From assembly GCA_965203805.1 (NCBI GenBank), contig OZ241917.1, forward strand, positions 5,440,001 through 5,504,000: DNA of 64,000 nucleotides, in the 5' to 3' direction. The DNA is from Candidatus Latescibacterota bacterium. GTDB taxonomy: Bacteria > Latescibacterota > UBA2968 > GCA-2709665. A program made the translations under genes and the position numbers. This document shows positions 50,540-62,150 of this stretch, in pieces (the stretch's first letter is position 1; each line of letters begins with the position of its first letter). The notes under the pieces were generated by a model. That model was not told the DNA's origin, made no database searches, and saw only the letters and a program-made list of their open reading frames with translations.

Positions 50540-51293
50540 GGTTGATGACCTCCCCGGCCAGGCTCATGTAATTTCGCGCCCCTTGAGACATAATATCATA
50601 AAGGATAATGGGTTTGCCGAAACTGGGCGCCTCGCCGAGTTTGACGTTTCGGCCGATGATCGTGTTGTATACCCGCGTTCCGAAGTGGTGCCGGGCCTCA
50701 TCCACAACCTGACGGGAGAGATTCAGCCGGGTATCGAACATCGTGAGCAGCACGCCTTCGATACTGAGCGGCGGATTCAGTTGGCGCTGGACCAGCCGCA
50801 GCGTATTCAACAGCTTGCCGACGCCCTCCAGCGCATAGTATTCGCACTGAATGGGAATGAGGACGGAACCGGCAGCGGTAAGTGCATTGAGCGTCAGCAA
50901 CCCCAGGGAGGGCGGACAATCGATCAAGAGGAAATCGTAGTTTTCGCCTGCGCCTTCCAGCGCGACCCTGAGGCGGTGTTCCCGGGCGCCGAGGTTGACC
51001 ATTTCGACTTCGGCGCCGGTGAGGCGCACATGCGACGGCGCCACGTTCAGGAAGGGAATCTCGGTTTCCCGGGTGATGTCGGAAAGCGGAACCTCCTGGA
51101 CGAGTACCTCGTAGATGCAGGGTTCTTCTCGCGCCACGGACACGCCGAAGCTGCTGGTGGCGTTGGACTGCGGATCCAGGTCGACGAGCAGCGTCTTCTT
51201 TTCCGCAGCCGCCAAGCAGGCGGACAGGTTGACCGCGGTTGTGGTCTTACCGACGCCGCCTTTCTGGTTGGCAATGGCAATGATTCTTGGCAT
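50526..51293 (-). CDS. parA: ParA/Soj ATPase
   Basis: NQKGGVGKTTT, IDCPPSLG, QCEYYALEG. Confidence 0.96.
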   Translation of the reverse strand: MPRIIAIANQKGGVGKTTTAVNLSACLAAAEKKTLLVDLDPQSNATSSFGVSVAREEPCIYEVLVQEVPLSDITRETEIPFLNVAPSHVRLTGAEVEMVNLGAREHRLRVALEGAGENYDFLLIDCPPSLGLLTLNALTAAGSVLIPIQCEYYALEGVGKLLNTLRLVQRQLNPPLSIEGVLLTMFDTRLNLSRQVVDEARHHFGTRVYNTIIGRNVKLGEAPSFGKPIILYDIMSQGARNYMSLAGEVINHGKA

Positions 51294-51322
51294 AGATGGA
51301 AAACCCGGGGCGGCGTACCCGG

Positions 51323-53977
<2,655 letters not shown>

Positions 53978-53997
53978 GTTGTTCCTCGTATTGGATG

Positions 53998-55233
53998 TCA
54001 GGGGTTCCGTCCGATGGCGGTTCCCTGGCCCTTATCGGCCGTGTTGGCGCTTCCGGATGACGTGGTGATCACCGTGTCTGACGCGGTCTGGCCGGGCGAG
54101 ACGGGTTGTGCCTGGCCTCGTCCGCCTGGATCCCGGGATTCCTCGCGACTGGCCCGGACCACGTTGCGGTCTTCAATATTGAGGAGGGTCTTGAGGATGC
54201 TTCGCCTGCCCACAATGATCCGCAGGTCCGCCGTGGAGCCGTATTTGAGTGGTAGAGGGGTTTCCAGAATGCGGATTTCCAACTCGAACGTACGGACGCC
54301 GCCGCCGTGAACCGCGTATCCGTAGAACCTGGAGATTTCACCGGCGCCTATGAATTCTTCGCGGTCGGTGAAGAGATTGCTGAGGATTTCGACGGGGTGT
54401 CCGAGGCGGATCTTCCAGGCGTTGGTTTCCGGAACCCAGGCGTCGATTGTGTCGTCCCCGCCTTCGCCGGCGATGATGAGTACGATCTGCCCCTGTTCGG
54501 CCAGCATGCCCGGATGCAGGTCCCGCCTGGCCACAACACCGTTAACGGGGGACCTCATGGTGGTCAGCTCAAGGCTCTCGCGGGCGCCCTTGAGGCTGCT
54601 GCGGGCTTTCGCGAGCGCCGCGTTGGCCCGGCGGACTTCCGCCGCAGCCTGTCGAAGCTCGGATGGCGACGCGCCGCGTCGGGTGAGGCTCAAAACCTCG
54701 GATGCGACTTTCAGATTGGTTTCGGCGAGTTGATGGTTGGTTTTCGCGCGCTCGAGCTCCTCGACGCTCCAGAGGCGCTCGCCCAGGTAGAGGTGCTCGG
54801 CGCGTTGCAGTTCCTGCTTGCGGGCTTTCAGCGCAATCTGTGCCTGCTCGACCCGGGATTCCGCGATTTTCAGCGCTTCAGCCGTGGGCTTTTCTTCCAG
54901 AAGCGCCAGGTTCGCCCGGGCGTGTTCCAGATTGGCATCACTGCGCTGGACCTCCTTCCCGGCCGCATCGACGGCGGACACGAGGTCGCCGTTGTAGAGC
55001 TGTACGACCGGCTGACCGGCCTTCACCTGCGTTCCGGCCTCGCAGTGGATGGCTTCGATTACCCGCTTGAGCGGAGAGTCCACATAGATCTTCTTCCCAG
55101 GCTCCACGATGCCCTGGGCCATGACGACGTCGTCTATTTTAATCAGCGACAGCGTAAGAATTACAGCCGCCAGCACGCCCCCGATCCACAAAAACCACTT
55201 CAGCACGCGGTGCTTGCGTCGCCTGCGCATCAT
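53998..55233 (-). CDS. HlyD-family membrane fusion protein
   Basis: N-terminal TM, lipoyl half motifs (VKAGQPV; RSPVNGVV), long coiled coil. Confidence 0.85.
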   Translation of the reverse strand: MMRRRRKHRVLKWFLWIGGVLAAVILTLSLIKIDDVVMAQGIVEPGKKIYVDSPLKRVIEAIHCEAGTQVKAGQPVVQLYNGDLVSAVDAAGKEVQRSDANLEHARANLALLEEKPTAEALKIAESRVEQAQIALKARKQELQRAEHLYLGERLWSVEELERAKTNHQLAETNLKVASEVLSLTRRGASPSELRQAAAEVRRANAALAKARSSLKGARESLELTTMRSPVNGVVARRDLHPGMLAEQGQIVLIIAGEGGDDTIDAWVPETNAWKIRLGHPVEILSNLFTDREEFIGAGEISRFYGYAVHGGGVRTFELEIRILETPLPLKYGSTADLRIIVGRRSILKTLLNIEDRNVVRASREESRDPGGRGQAQPVSPGQTASDTVITTSSGSANTADKGQGTAIGRNP

Positions 55234-55250
55234 TACCGAAACCCTTTTTC

Positions 55251-55279
55251 TTGACAGGGGAGAACGGCTTGTCTATATT
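55251..55279 (+). promoter_or_regulatory. sigma70 promoter of tRNA-Lys
   Basis: TTGACA-N17-TATATT. Confidence 0.65.
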
Positions 55280-55333
55280 CATCACTTTGCCTGATCGCGT
55301 AGCGGTTTTTGGCGCGTGGTCCGGGTGCGGAAT

Positions 55334-55405
55334 GGGCCCGTAGCTCAGGGGTAGAGCAGCGGCCTTTTAAGCCGTTGGTCGAAGGTTCAAATCCTTCCGG
55401 GCTCA
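55334..55405 (+). tRNA. tRNA-Lys(UUU), CCA not encoded
   Basis: Acceptor GGGCCCG/CGGGCTC; anticodon arm GCGGC-CTTTTAA-GCCGT; T arm GGTTCAAATCC. Confidence 0.96.
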
Positions 55406-55440
55406 TTTAACTATCTTAAAATAAACTACTTGCTATTATA

Positions 55441-55477
55441 AAAGGCCCGGATCGCAACCGATCGGGCTTTTTTGTTT
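55441..55477 (+). terminator. Intrinsic terminator after tRNA
   Basis: aggcccggatcg-caac-cgatcgggc followed by a T run. Confidence 0.75.
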
Positions 55478-55648
55478 CCTGTTTCGGAAGGTTCCACGAT
55501 TTCGCGAAACGCCGGCGATATTTAGTCTTACAAGGTATCATATCAGATTTCAAAAGTCAAGGCGATTCCAATTTTCGATCGCGCCGGTTCGGACCGTCTC
55601 CTTCCCTAAATCCGGCGCTCCGGACGATTGCAATATTGAATTTATGAC

Positions 55649-55700
55649 TTGACAGGGCGAGATGTTTTCGTTATTCTTGACTAACTTGATTGACAATATA
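55649..55700 (+). promoter_or_regulatory. cysH promoter with possible Rrf2 (IscR/CymR-like) box
   Basis: TTGACA-N17-TATTCT overlapping ATTCTTGACTAACTTGATTGACAATAT. Confidence 0.4.
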
Positions 55701-55704
55701 ATAA

Positions 55705-56490
55705 ATGTCGCCGGAAGAGGATCTGCAGCATAGGATTTGCATGCGTATCGACCAGCAGGACATCGACAGTTTCGCCGGCGCATTGGATGGCGCGCAGCCG
55801 GAGCAAGTTCTGGAGTGGGCCTGGCGGAACCTGGGTCCCGCCGTCGCGATGAGCACGGCATTCGGGCCCAGTGGCGTGGTGCTAATCGACATGGCGCAAA
55901 GGGTGGTCCCGAAACTGCCTGTTTTCACCATCGACACCGGATATCTGTTTGCTGAAACGCTGGCGCTGAAAGAGCGCATCGAGGCGCGTTTCGACATTCA
56001 GATCGAGTTTTTGCGCCCTCGCTTGAGCGTGCCCGAACAGGATCGCGCCTGCGGCCCCGATCTTCACAACAGGGATCCGGACCGCTGTTGCGCGATGCGC
56101 AAGGTGGAACCGCTGCAGCGGAAACTGGCAGGCCTGAACGGCTGGATCGCAGGTCTCAGGAGAGATCAATCCGGAACGCGCGCGGGCGTACGCGTCGTGG
56201 AAGCCTACCGGACCAGCGGGGGACGTGCCGTGGCCAAGGTAAACCCGCTTGCCGCCTGGACCCGGAAGCAGGTCTGGGATTACGTCATTGAAAACGGTCT
56301 GCCGTACAATTCACTCATGGATCAGGGCTATTCCAGCATCGGCTGCTGGCCGTGTACCCGGCCGGCAGCGCCCGGCGCAGACGAACGCGCGGGCCGCTGG
56401 GCGGGCACGTCCAAAACGGAATGCGGGATGCACGCGCCGCTGATCGATGTCGAGATTCCGGAGGTGGAAGGGCAACTGGCGGCGGGATAA
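55705..56490 (+). CDS. cysH: APS/PAPS reductase ([4Fe-4S] APS-reductase type)
   Basis: IDTGYLF, RCCAMRKVEPL, SIGCWPCT, KTECGMH. Confidence 0.93.
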   Translation: MSPEEDLQHRICMRIDQQDIDSFAGALDGAQPEQVLEWAWRNLGPAVAMSTAFGPSGVVLIDMAQRVVPKLPVFTIDTGYLFAETLALKERIEARFDIQIEFLRPRLSVPEQDRACGPDLHNRDPDRCCAMRKVEPLQRKLAGLNGWIAGLRRDQSGTRAGVRVVEAYRTSGGRAVAKVNPLAAWTRKQVWDYVIENGLPYNSLMDQGYSSIGCWPCTRPAAPGADERAGRWAGTSKTECGMHAPLIDVEIPEVEGQLAAG

Positions 56491-56631
56491 ACGGGACCGG
56501 GCGGACAGACGGACGTTAATCGAACTGAATCTTCATCGGCGGCAGCGAACACGGCTTCCGCCGATGTTGTTTGCGGACCTAATCTGTTCCTCCACCGAAT
56601 CTGTACGGGCAACACCTGTGGTTGCCAAAAA

Positions 56632-56900
56632 GCGGTGAGACGGTAGACGTTAGACGGGAGATGACGTCCTTGCCCGATCGGTTCTTCCTTTATGCCATCG
56701 GCAAGAAAGGAAACCTCACAGGGCAATCACATCTTCTACCGTCTCCCCTCGACCCTCTCACTGCCTTTATGACACTTATATCAACTCCCGTCTTACGTCT
56801 TTCCGCTCTCCCGGGAGCGAGGGCATCCTGCCCTCGACGCGCCCATTCGAAGCCTGTCGTTTAAGGGCGCAGACGTCTGTGGATTGGGCTCTTGATTCAA
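56632..56900. repeat. Cassette locus 5: H>, B, <H, A-end, <H, REP palindrome
   Basis: B at 56664-56731; REP at 56817-56836 followed by ggctcttgattcaa, shared with 6918-6931. Confidence 0.85.
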
Positions 56901-57042
56901 GCTGACTACTGGCGGGCCAGGCTGATGCAAATTGGTGGAATTCTAGCCACGAAAAGACTCCCGCTCCAGTACGAGGCGGGCGGGAGGAGAAGACATGAAA
57001 GCGATTGCAGCGTCGCTCTTTCGTGACGGCACGACAGTAAAT

Positions 57043-59079
57043 CTAACTACCTGGCTGCGATCCAAAAGCATTCGAAAATATCACAAAATCTGAAAAGCCA
57101 ACCTCGCCGTCTTCGTCCAGGTCGAACGCGGGATCGAAGTCTTCGTCGGCCGAAGATCCGCCGAACGCTCTCGCAAATGCGATGAAATCCGGGAATGCGA
57201 CGGTCCCGTCGCGGTCAAAGTCTGGAATGGGCGTTTCACCTTGTACGACGGTTAAATGGCGAAAACCCTGAACCGTATAGCTATTTTCCCACCATTTCTG
57301 AGGATCAAATGGAATATAACTTACACTCACAATCAACCTGTAATCGCCGATTTCTTCTGGAGTAAATGAGATGTTTCTACTGAATCGCCCGTTTGAAACC
57401 TTCGCCTCAAGCCGTATTCTCCTTTCTTCGTTTTCAAACTCAAAATGGACCACTTCGGATAAGGACGAATCGGATACTGAGCCGCTGAGCCGCATAGCCT
57501 GACCCGTCCTGTACTGGAAAGGTAGCGGCGGGTCAAAGTAGACCCGGGGCCAATAGCCCCTCGGTATATCCATTCGTGGATGGTAATTTTTCGGTAGAGG
57601 GATGAATTGGACGCGGATTTTACCATTTGGATCGGTTTGAATGGATAGGATTGTCTGGTTTCGATTTCCAATTAAACGCACATACGTGGAGGAGAGCTGA
57701 AAAATTTCCCCCTTGACGGTGACAGACCCTGACGATTCTGGTCTGACGGCGGTATTACCGCGATCACTGTGCTCATACCCCCCATCCGGCCAGACAATGT
57801 GTTCTGCCGGAATAGGGAAGGCCCGACCTAAGGAAAGACTGTCTGCAAGAAGCGTCGTTGTATAATTAAGCCTAGTATTGAGTCCCAACCCACTCAAAAA
57901 CAGCCGCGAAACGTGCCGTTCGAAAATATCTGAGATTCGGTGTCCTGTTGCATTCTCGACGTTGGCAATTCCAACCTTTTCTGTTTGTGCTAGCCTTGCC
58001 AGAACACCCGTGCCGAACTCTTCAACGAGGCTACGCAGGAACAAATAGGCTGCGCCGCGTCTAGTGGAATTTGGTGGGGACCGGTTACCGATAGTCCCAC
58101 GTTCAGTTGACTTGAGGTACCTATCGACATTTCGGCGATTATGCTTATCATGTTCGCCGACTAGATCCTCAGCAACGTGCGACAACCCTTCATTCAGCCA
58201 GTGATGCTCTGCATTCCCGTTGCGAACGAGCGCGTGCTGATTGAAGTTGATGAGATGTTGAAATTCGTGGGCAAGTACGGCGTCCAACATCCCTGGATCG
58301 GTGTCAGGGTCGATATATAACAAATCGGACAGGTTCCCGTCGCCTCCCTGTTCCACAGAGAGCAACGAAGCAGCATTGAAGAACGCCGCCGCGCCGAAAA
58401 TGGAGTTGTCAGGGTTTACCTTGTTGGTATAGAGTATGTGGATCTTGCCGTCATTATCCACGTCCGATTCCTGACCAATCATGGAAGTGACAATAGGATA
58501 GGTTGTGTTGCTGAACCGGTCGATCTGCTCTTGGATCATCGATTTACTAATCCGGTGTACGTCGGATACGTCCACATAGGCATTTGCCCGCTCGCTGGTC
58601 GCTAAAAACGACGCTGTAATCGTGGTTTTTCGGACATCTCCGAAAGAGGGAAAGGCAAATTGGTGAGCGCTGCCAATTTGCTGCGGGACGATCTTCGCAG
58701 CGTGCGCACGATAGCCGCCCGAATCCTGAAGCCGGCGTGCGAGTTCCTGTTCCTGTTCGCGAACCTTGCTCTTAAGGTCGGTGCTGTTCGGGAGGGGAGC
58801 TAGCTGACTCGTTCCAGGAAGTCGGTCAATTATAGGACGGGAATCGCCAAAGGCTGCCGTTATCGAGAAGTTGAATGGGTGAGCCAGCCCAAAATCGCCG
58901 GATTCCGCGTCAGTTCGTGCGGAATAGAGGATCAACTCGTAGTCGCGGTCCGAAAAATCAAGCGTTACGGTCGTAGACCCTTCAGCGAGATCGACCCGGA
59001 AGGGTTTGCCGATTTCCTGTGCGTGAACAGGCTGCAAGCAGATCGATAATAAGGGCAAACAAAAGGTAAAGAGTCTCAT
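57043..59079 (-). CDS. Secreted gluzincin (M30-like) with C-terminal dockerin-like twin EF-hand
   Basis: Signal peptide; AHEFQHLI..WLNEGLSH; DFDRDGTVAFPDF and DLDEDGEVGFSDF. Confidence 0.8.
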   Translation of the reverse strand: MRLFTFCLPLLSICLQPVHAQEIGKPFRVDLAEGSTTVTLDFSDRDYELILYSARTDAESGDFGLAHPFNFSITAAFGDSRPIIDRLPGTSQLAPLPNSTDLKSKVREQEQELARRLQDSGGYRAHAAKIVPQQIGSAHQFAFPSFGDVRKTTITASFLATSERANAYVDVSDVHRISKSMIQEQIDRFSNTTYPIVTSMIGQESDVDNDGKIHILYTNKVNPDNSIFGAAAFFNAASLLSVEQGGDGNLSDLLYIDPDTDPGMLDAVLAHEFQHLINFNQHALVRNGNAEHHWLNEGLSHVAEDLVGEHDKHNRRNVDRYLKSTERGTIGNRSPPNSTRRGAAYLFLRSLVEEFGTGVLARLAQTEKVGIANVENATGHRISDIFERHVSRLFLSGLGLNTRLNYTTTLLADSLSLGRAFPIPAEHIVWPDGGYEHSDRGNTAVRPESSGSVTVKGEIFQLSSTYVRLIGNRNQTILSIQTDPNGKIRVQFIPLPKNYHPRMDIPRGYWPRVYFDPPLPFQYRTGQAMRLSGSVSDSSLSEVVHFEFENEERRIRLEAKVSNGRFSRNISFTPEEIGDYRLIVSVSYIPFDPQKWWENSYTVQGFRHLTVVQGETPIPDFDRDGTVAFPDFIAFARAFGGSSADEDFDPAFDLDEDGEVGFSDFVIFSNAFGSQPGS

Positions 59080-59388
59080 ACAGGGGCCCTTTTCACATTT
59101 TGGATCGGATCGTGTGTGTCTCTCGCTGGAATTTCACAGTGTGCGTCACGAAAACTATAATGTATCTTAATGTGTAGTGTCAAGAGATTTCGGCTGAAAA
59201 GTGTAATGTTTATGAGATCATAGTCTGGACGTGTCCAATGCCTTGTGATTCGCATCGTTTGGTTTCAGGAAGTCTGGATGACGCAGGTTATACAACGGCC
59301 TCGAAGGATTCTCGCGGGTTCTGTTGGATAGGCCTCACGCTGATCGCTGCTCTTCCTCCTCCTTTCCCTCCGGGAGAGGTCGCCTAAC

Positions 59389-59626
59389 GGCGGGGAGACG
59401 TAAGACGTGAGCCGGTAGACGGTAGATGAGAGACCTTGTTACATTACGTTTTGCTATAAGGATAGTGCCGGAACGCCATATTGAAACGTGTGCGCCAGGG
59501 TCTTGAGTTTGACACAACGGCGTTTGCACTTAACCCGTGCCTGTTTCGTTGCCGTTATCGCAACGACAAGAAAAACCATATGGCACTCATATCATCTCCC
59601 CTCTCCCGTTTTACGTCTACCCGCCT
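59389..59626. repeat. Cassette locus 6: H>, unique ~80 bp, A, <H
   Basis: agacgta-agacgtg-agccggt-agacggt-agatg; A at 59511-59592. Confidence 0.85.
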
Positions 59627-60023
59627 TTTGCCGTTTGCGCTTGACAAAGCCGGGCGCCGGCGTATATTGTTTTTTGCTGCTTGGTCCCTGGCAACACGGG
59701 GCCATTTTTGTACGTGGTCAGGATATGATGGGTAATGGGCCGCCAGGAATGCAACGGGGGGAATGTGCCGGTCACTCCGTTCCGTCGGCCCTACCAGCCG
59801 ATTCTTTAGAGTCTCCATATGCGCGTGTACAAAAACCCAACGAAGCCATAGATTACGCGCTCGCCTGCAAGAATTAGCTTTGGCGCCCCATGATTCATTA
59901 GGATACAGCCGCGTTTGAGCGGGTTACGATGCTGTACAATATTCAATCGAATTCCAATCCGTAAATATAGGAATTTGGCCGCAAATTCAACGTAAAACGA
60001 GAATCCAAGACGATCAGGACGCT

Positions 60024-61742
60024 ATGGAATATAGCTCGATACGAGTCAGCGACATCGTCAAATACGTTAACCGTGATTGGTATCTTCCTGCGATTCAGCG
60101 CGAATTTGTGTGGAATAAGGATCGAGTTGAACGTCTTTTCGACTCCATCATGTCAGATTTTCCAATTGGATCATTCTTGTTTTGGCGCTTAGAAGAAAAA
60201 AACAAGAATCAATGGCCAATCTATAAGTTCATTCAGGAATACGATGAAGAGAGGCCACATAACGAGCTGGCTAACATGTACGGAATAAGAAAGGATATAA
60301 CGCTTGTTCTCGATGGCCAACAGAGAATCACATCTTTGTTGATAGGGCTGCAAGGCTCATTTCGATACTTTTACTACCGGTGGAGAAAGGCGAATCTATA
60401 TCTCAACCTATTGAAGGCAGCAGTTCCAGACGATGGCAATCCCGAGGAACTAACCTATCAGTTTTCATTCCGTGAGAATGACGTGGCGTCATCGTCTCAG
60501 GAGCAACTTTGGTATCCAGTTGGTCGCGTTTTGGATTTTCCGGATGCAGAGGATGCCAAAGCTGACTTGGAGGACCAATTATTAGAACTGCCTGAAGAAA
60601 AACGAAAAAATGCCAATCGGCTCGTTGGGAAATTGCATAATCGCATCCACACGATGTCGGTTGGTAATTATTACGAAGAAAAATCGCAAGACTACGACAA
60701 AGTTTTGCAAATTTTCGTCCGGGCGAATTCTGCCGGACAGCCCTTGTCTTACTCTGATTTGCTATTGTCGACAGCGACAGCGCAATGGAAGTCGGTGGAT
60801 GCACGCAGGGAGATTCACGAATTCACAGATCGTCTCAATGAAACGGGCAACGGCTACAAATTCGAGAAGGATTTCGTTTTAAAGGCTTGTCTTTATCTTT
60901 GCGAGTCTCTACCTATTCAATACAAGGTCAAGAATTTTTCGAAACCCAACCTACTGACCATAGAATCTAAATGGGACGCCATACAAATGGCACTTGCCAC
61001 CACGGTGCGTTTGATTTCTCGTTTCGGTTTCCACTCCAGAAACGTCGTCGCGCCACTAGCTCTTCTCCCCATCGCTTTTTTCCTCCTAAAGCGGGGCAAT
61101 CCGAACTTCGACAAATCTTCAGAAAAAGAGGACGCCGAGTCTCAAGTTGCAATTCGCAAATGGTTTGTGTTTTCCACGCTCAAGAACGCGTTCGGCGGCT
61201 CCTCAGACACGACCTTGAGACGTCTTCGAGAAATATTGAAGAGACGCGGTTCCGACGAGCAGTTTCCCGCGGAAAAACTGTATCTGTCTCTTGATATCAA
61301 GCCCTCGTTGAGCGATGACGAGATAGATCGGATCTTGGATTTCAAGTATCACGAGCGCTACACGAATTTGGTGCTGTCATTGTTGTATCCTGACAGAGAT
61401 TGGAAAGACGCCGTGTTCCACGAGGACCACATATTTCCAAAGTCTGAATTCAAGGCCTCTTCGCTAAAAAAAAGAGGCTACGAGTCGACCACCATCGATC
61501 AGTACATATTAAATTTCAACACACTCCGAAATCTTCAGCTTCTTACCGATTCGGAGAATTTAGCCAAGAGTGCGAGACCTTTCGACGAATGGCTAAGGAC
61601 GCGTGACGCCAGATTTCGCTCTCGCCATCTCATTCCCGACCTTCCAGACTATGGCATTGATCATTTTGATGAATTCTCGAAGGCGCGACGAGGGCTGATC
61701 GTCAAGGCGTTAAAGGGGCTATCCTCACTATACCAGATATAA
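60024..61742 (+). CDS. DUF262 + DUF1524 (GmrSD-like) modification-dependent nuclease
   Basis: LPAIQREFVW, LDGQQRITS, IFVRANS; C-terminal HEDHIFP..NLQLL..EN; visibly lower GC. Confidence 0.88.
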   Translation: MEYSSIRVSDIVKYVNRDWYLPAIQREFVWNKDRVERLFDSIMSDFPIGSFLFWRLEEKNKNQWPIYKFIQEYDEERPHNELANMYGIRKDITLVLDGQQRITSLLIGLQGSFRYFYYRWRKANLYLNLLKAAVPDDGNPEELTYQFSFRENDVASSSQEQLWYPVGRVLDFPDAEDAKADLEDQLLELPEEKRKNANRLVGKLHNRIHTMSVGNYYEEKSQDYDKVLQIFVRANSAGQPLSYSDLLLSTATAQWKSVDARREIHEFTDRLNETGNGYKFEKDFVLKACLYLCESLPIQYKVKNFSKPNLLTIESKWDAIQMALATTVRLISRFGFHSRNVVAPLALLPIAFFLLKRGNPNFDKSSEKEDAESQVAIRKWFVFSTLKNAFGGSSDTTLRRLREILKRRGSDEQFPAEKLYLSLDIKPSLSDDEIDRILDFKYHERYTNLVLSLLYPDRDWKDAVFHEDHIFPKSEFKASSLKKRGYESTTIDQYILNFNTLRNLQLLTDSENLAKSARPFDEWLRTRDARFRSRHLIPDLPDYGIDHFDEFSKARRGLIVKALKGLSSLYQI

Positions 61743-62150
61743 TGCCGAATAGGTCGATTTTTTGACCACCTGAATGGATTTGGGAAGTATGGTCGTTCTA
61801 AGGGGCTTCGCTGGCAACGGCCCGGGGAGAATCCGTCCTGTGCGGACCGCCAATATCAAGAACAGCAAAGAACCTTACGATGAACTTGGTCGGTTATATA
61901 CAAGAAGGGATGCACTACATTTGGTGGGTGAGCACCTCTTCGATTACTGTCCACTTGGCGCGGGCCAACGAGGCGTGTGCTGGTTTTTCAAGTACTCGAA
62001 GTCACACCCAGCTTAAGATTCGCAATTCTTCAGTTGGGCACTCAAGCGCTTGGTCGTTGGCCGTGTCAGGATGTTCGCGAAATTCGTTGCATGCTATTAC
62101 CGAAGGTACAACAGAAACCCTGACTTCATATAGAGCAGGAGAGGCAGACA

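Noticed and set aside
49634-51293. Replication origin near parAB
   Set aside because: No dnaA, gidAB, DnaA-box cluster or parS palindrome noticed by eye
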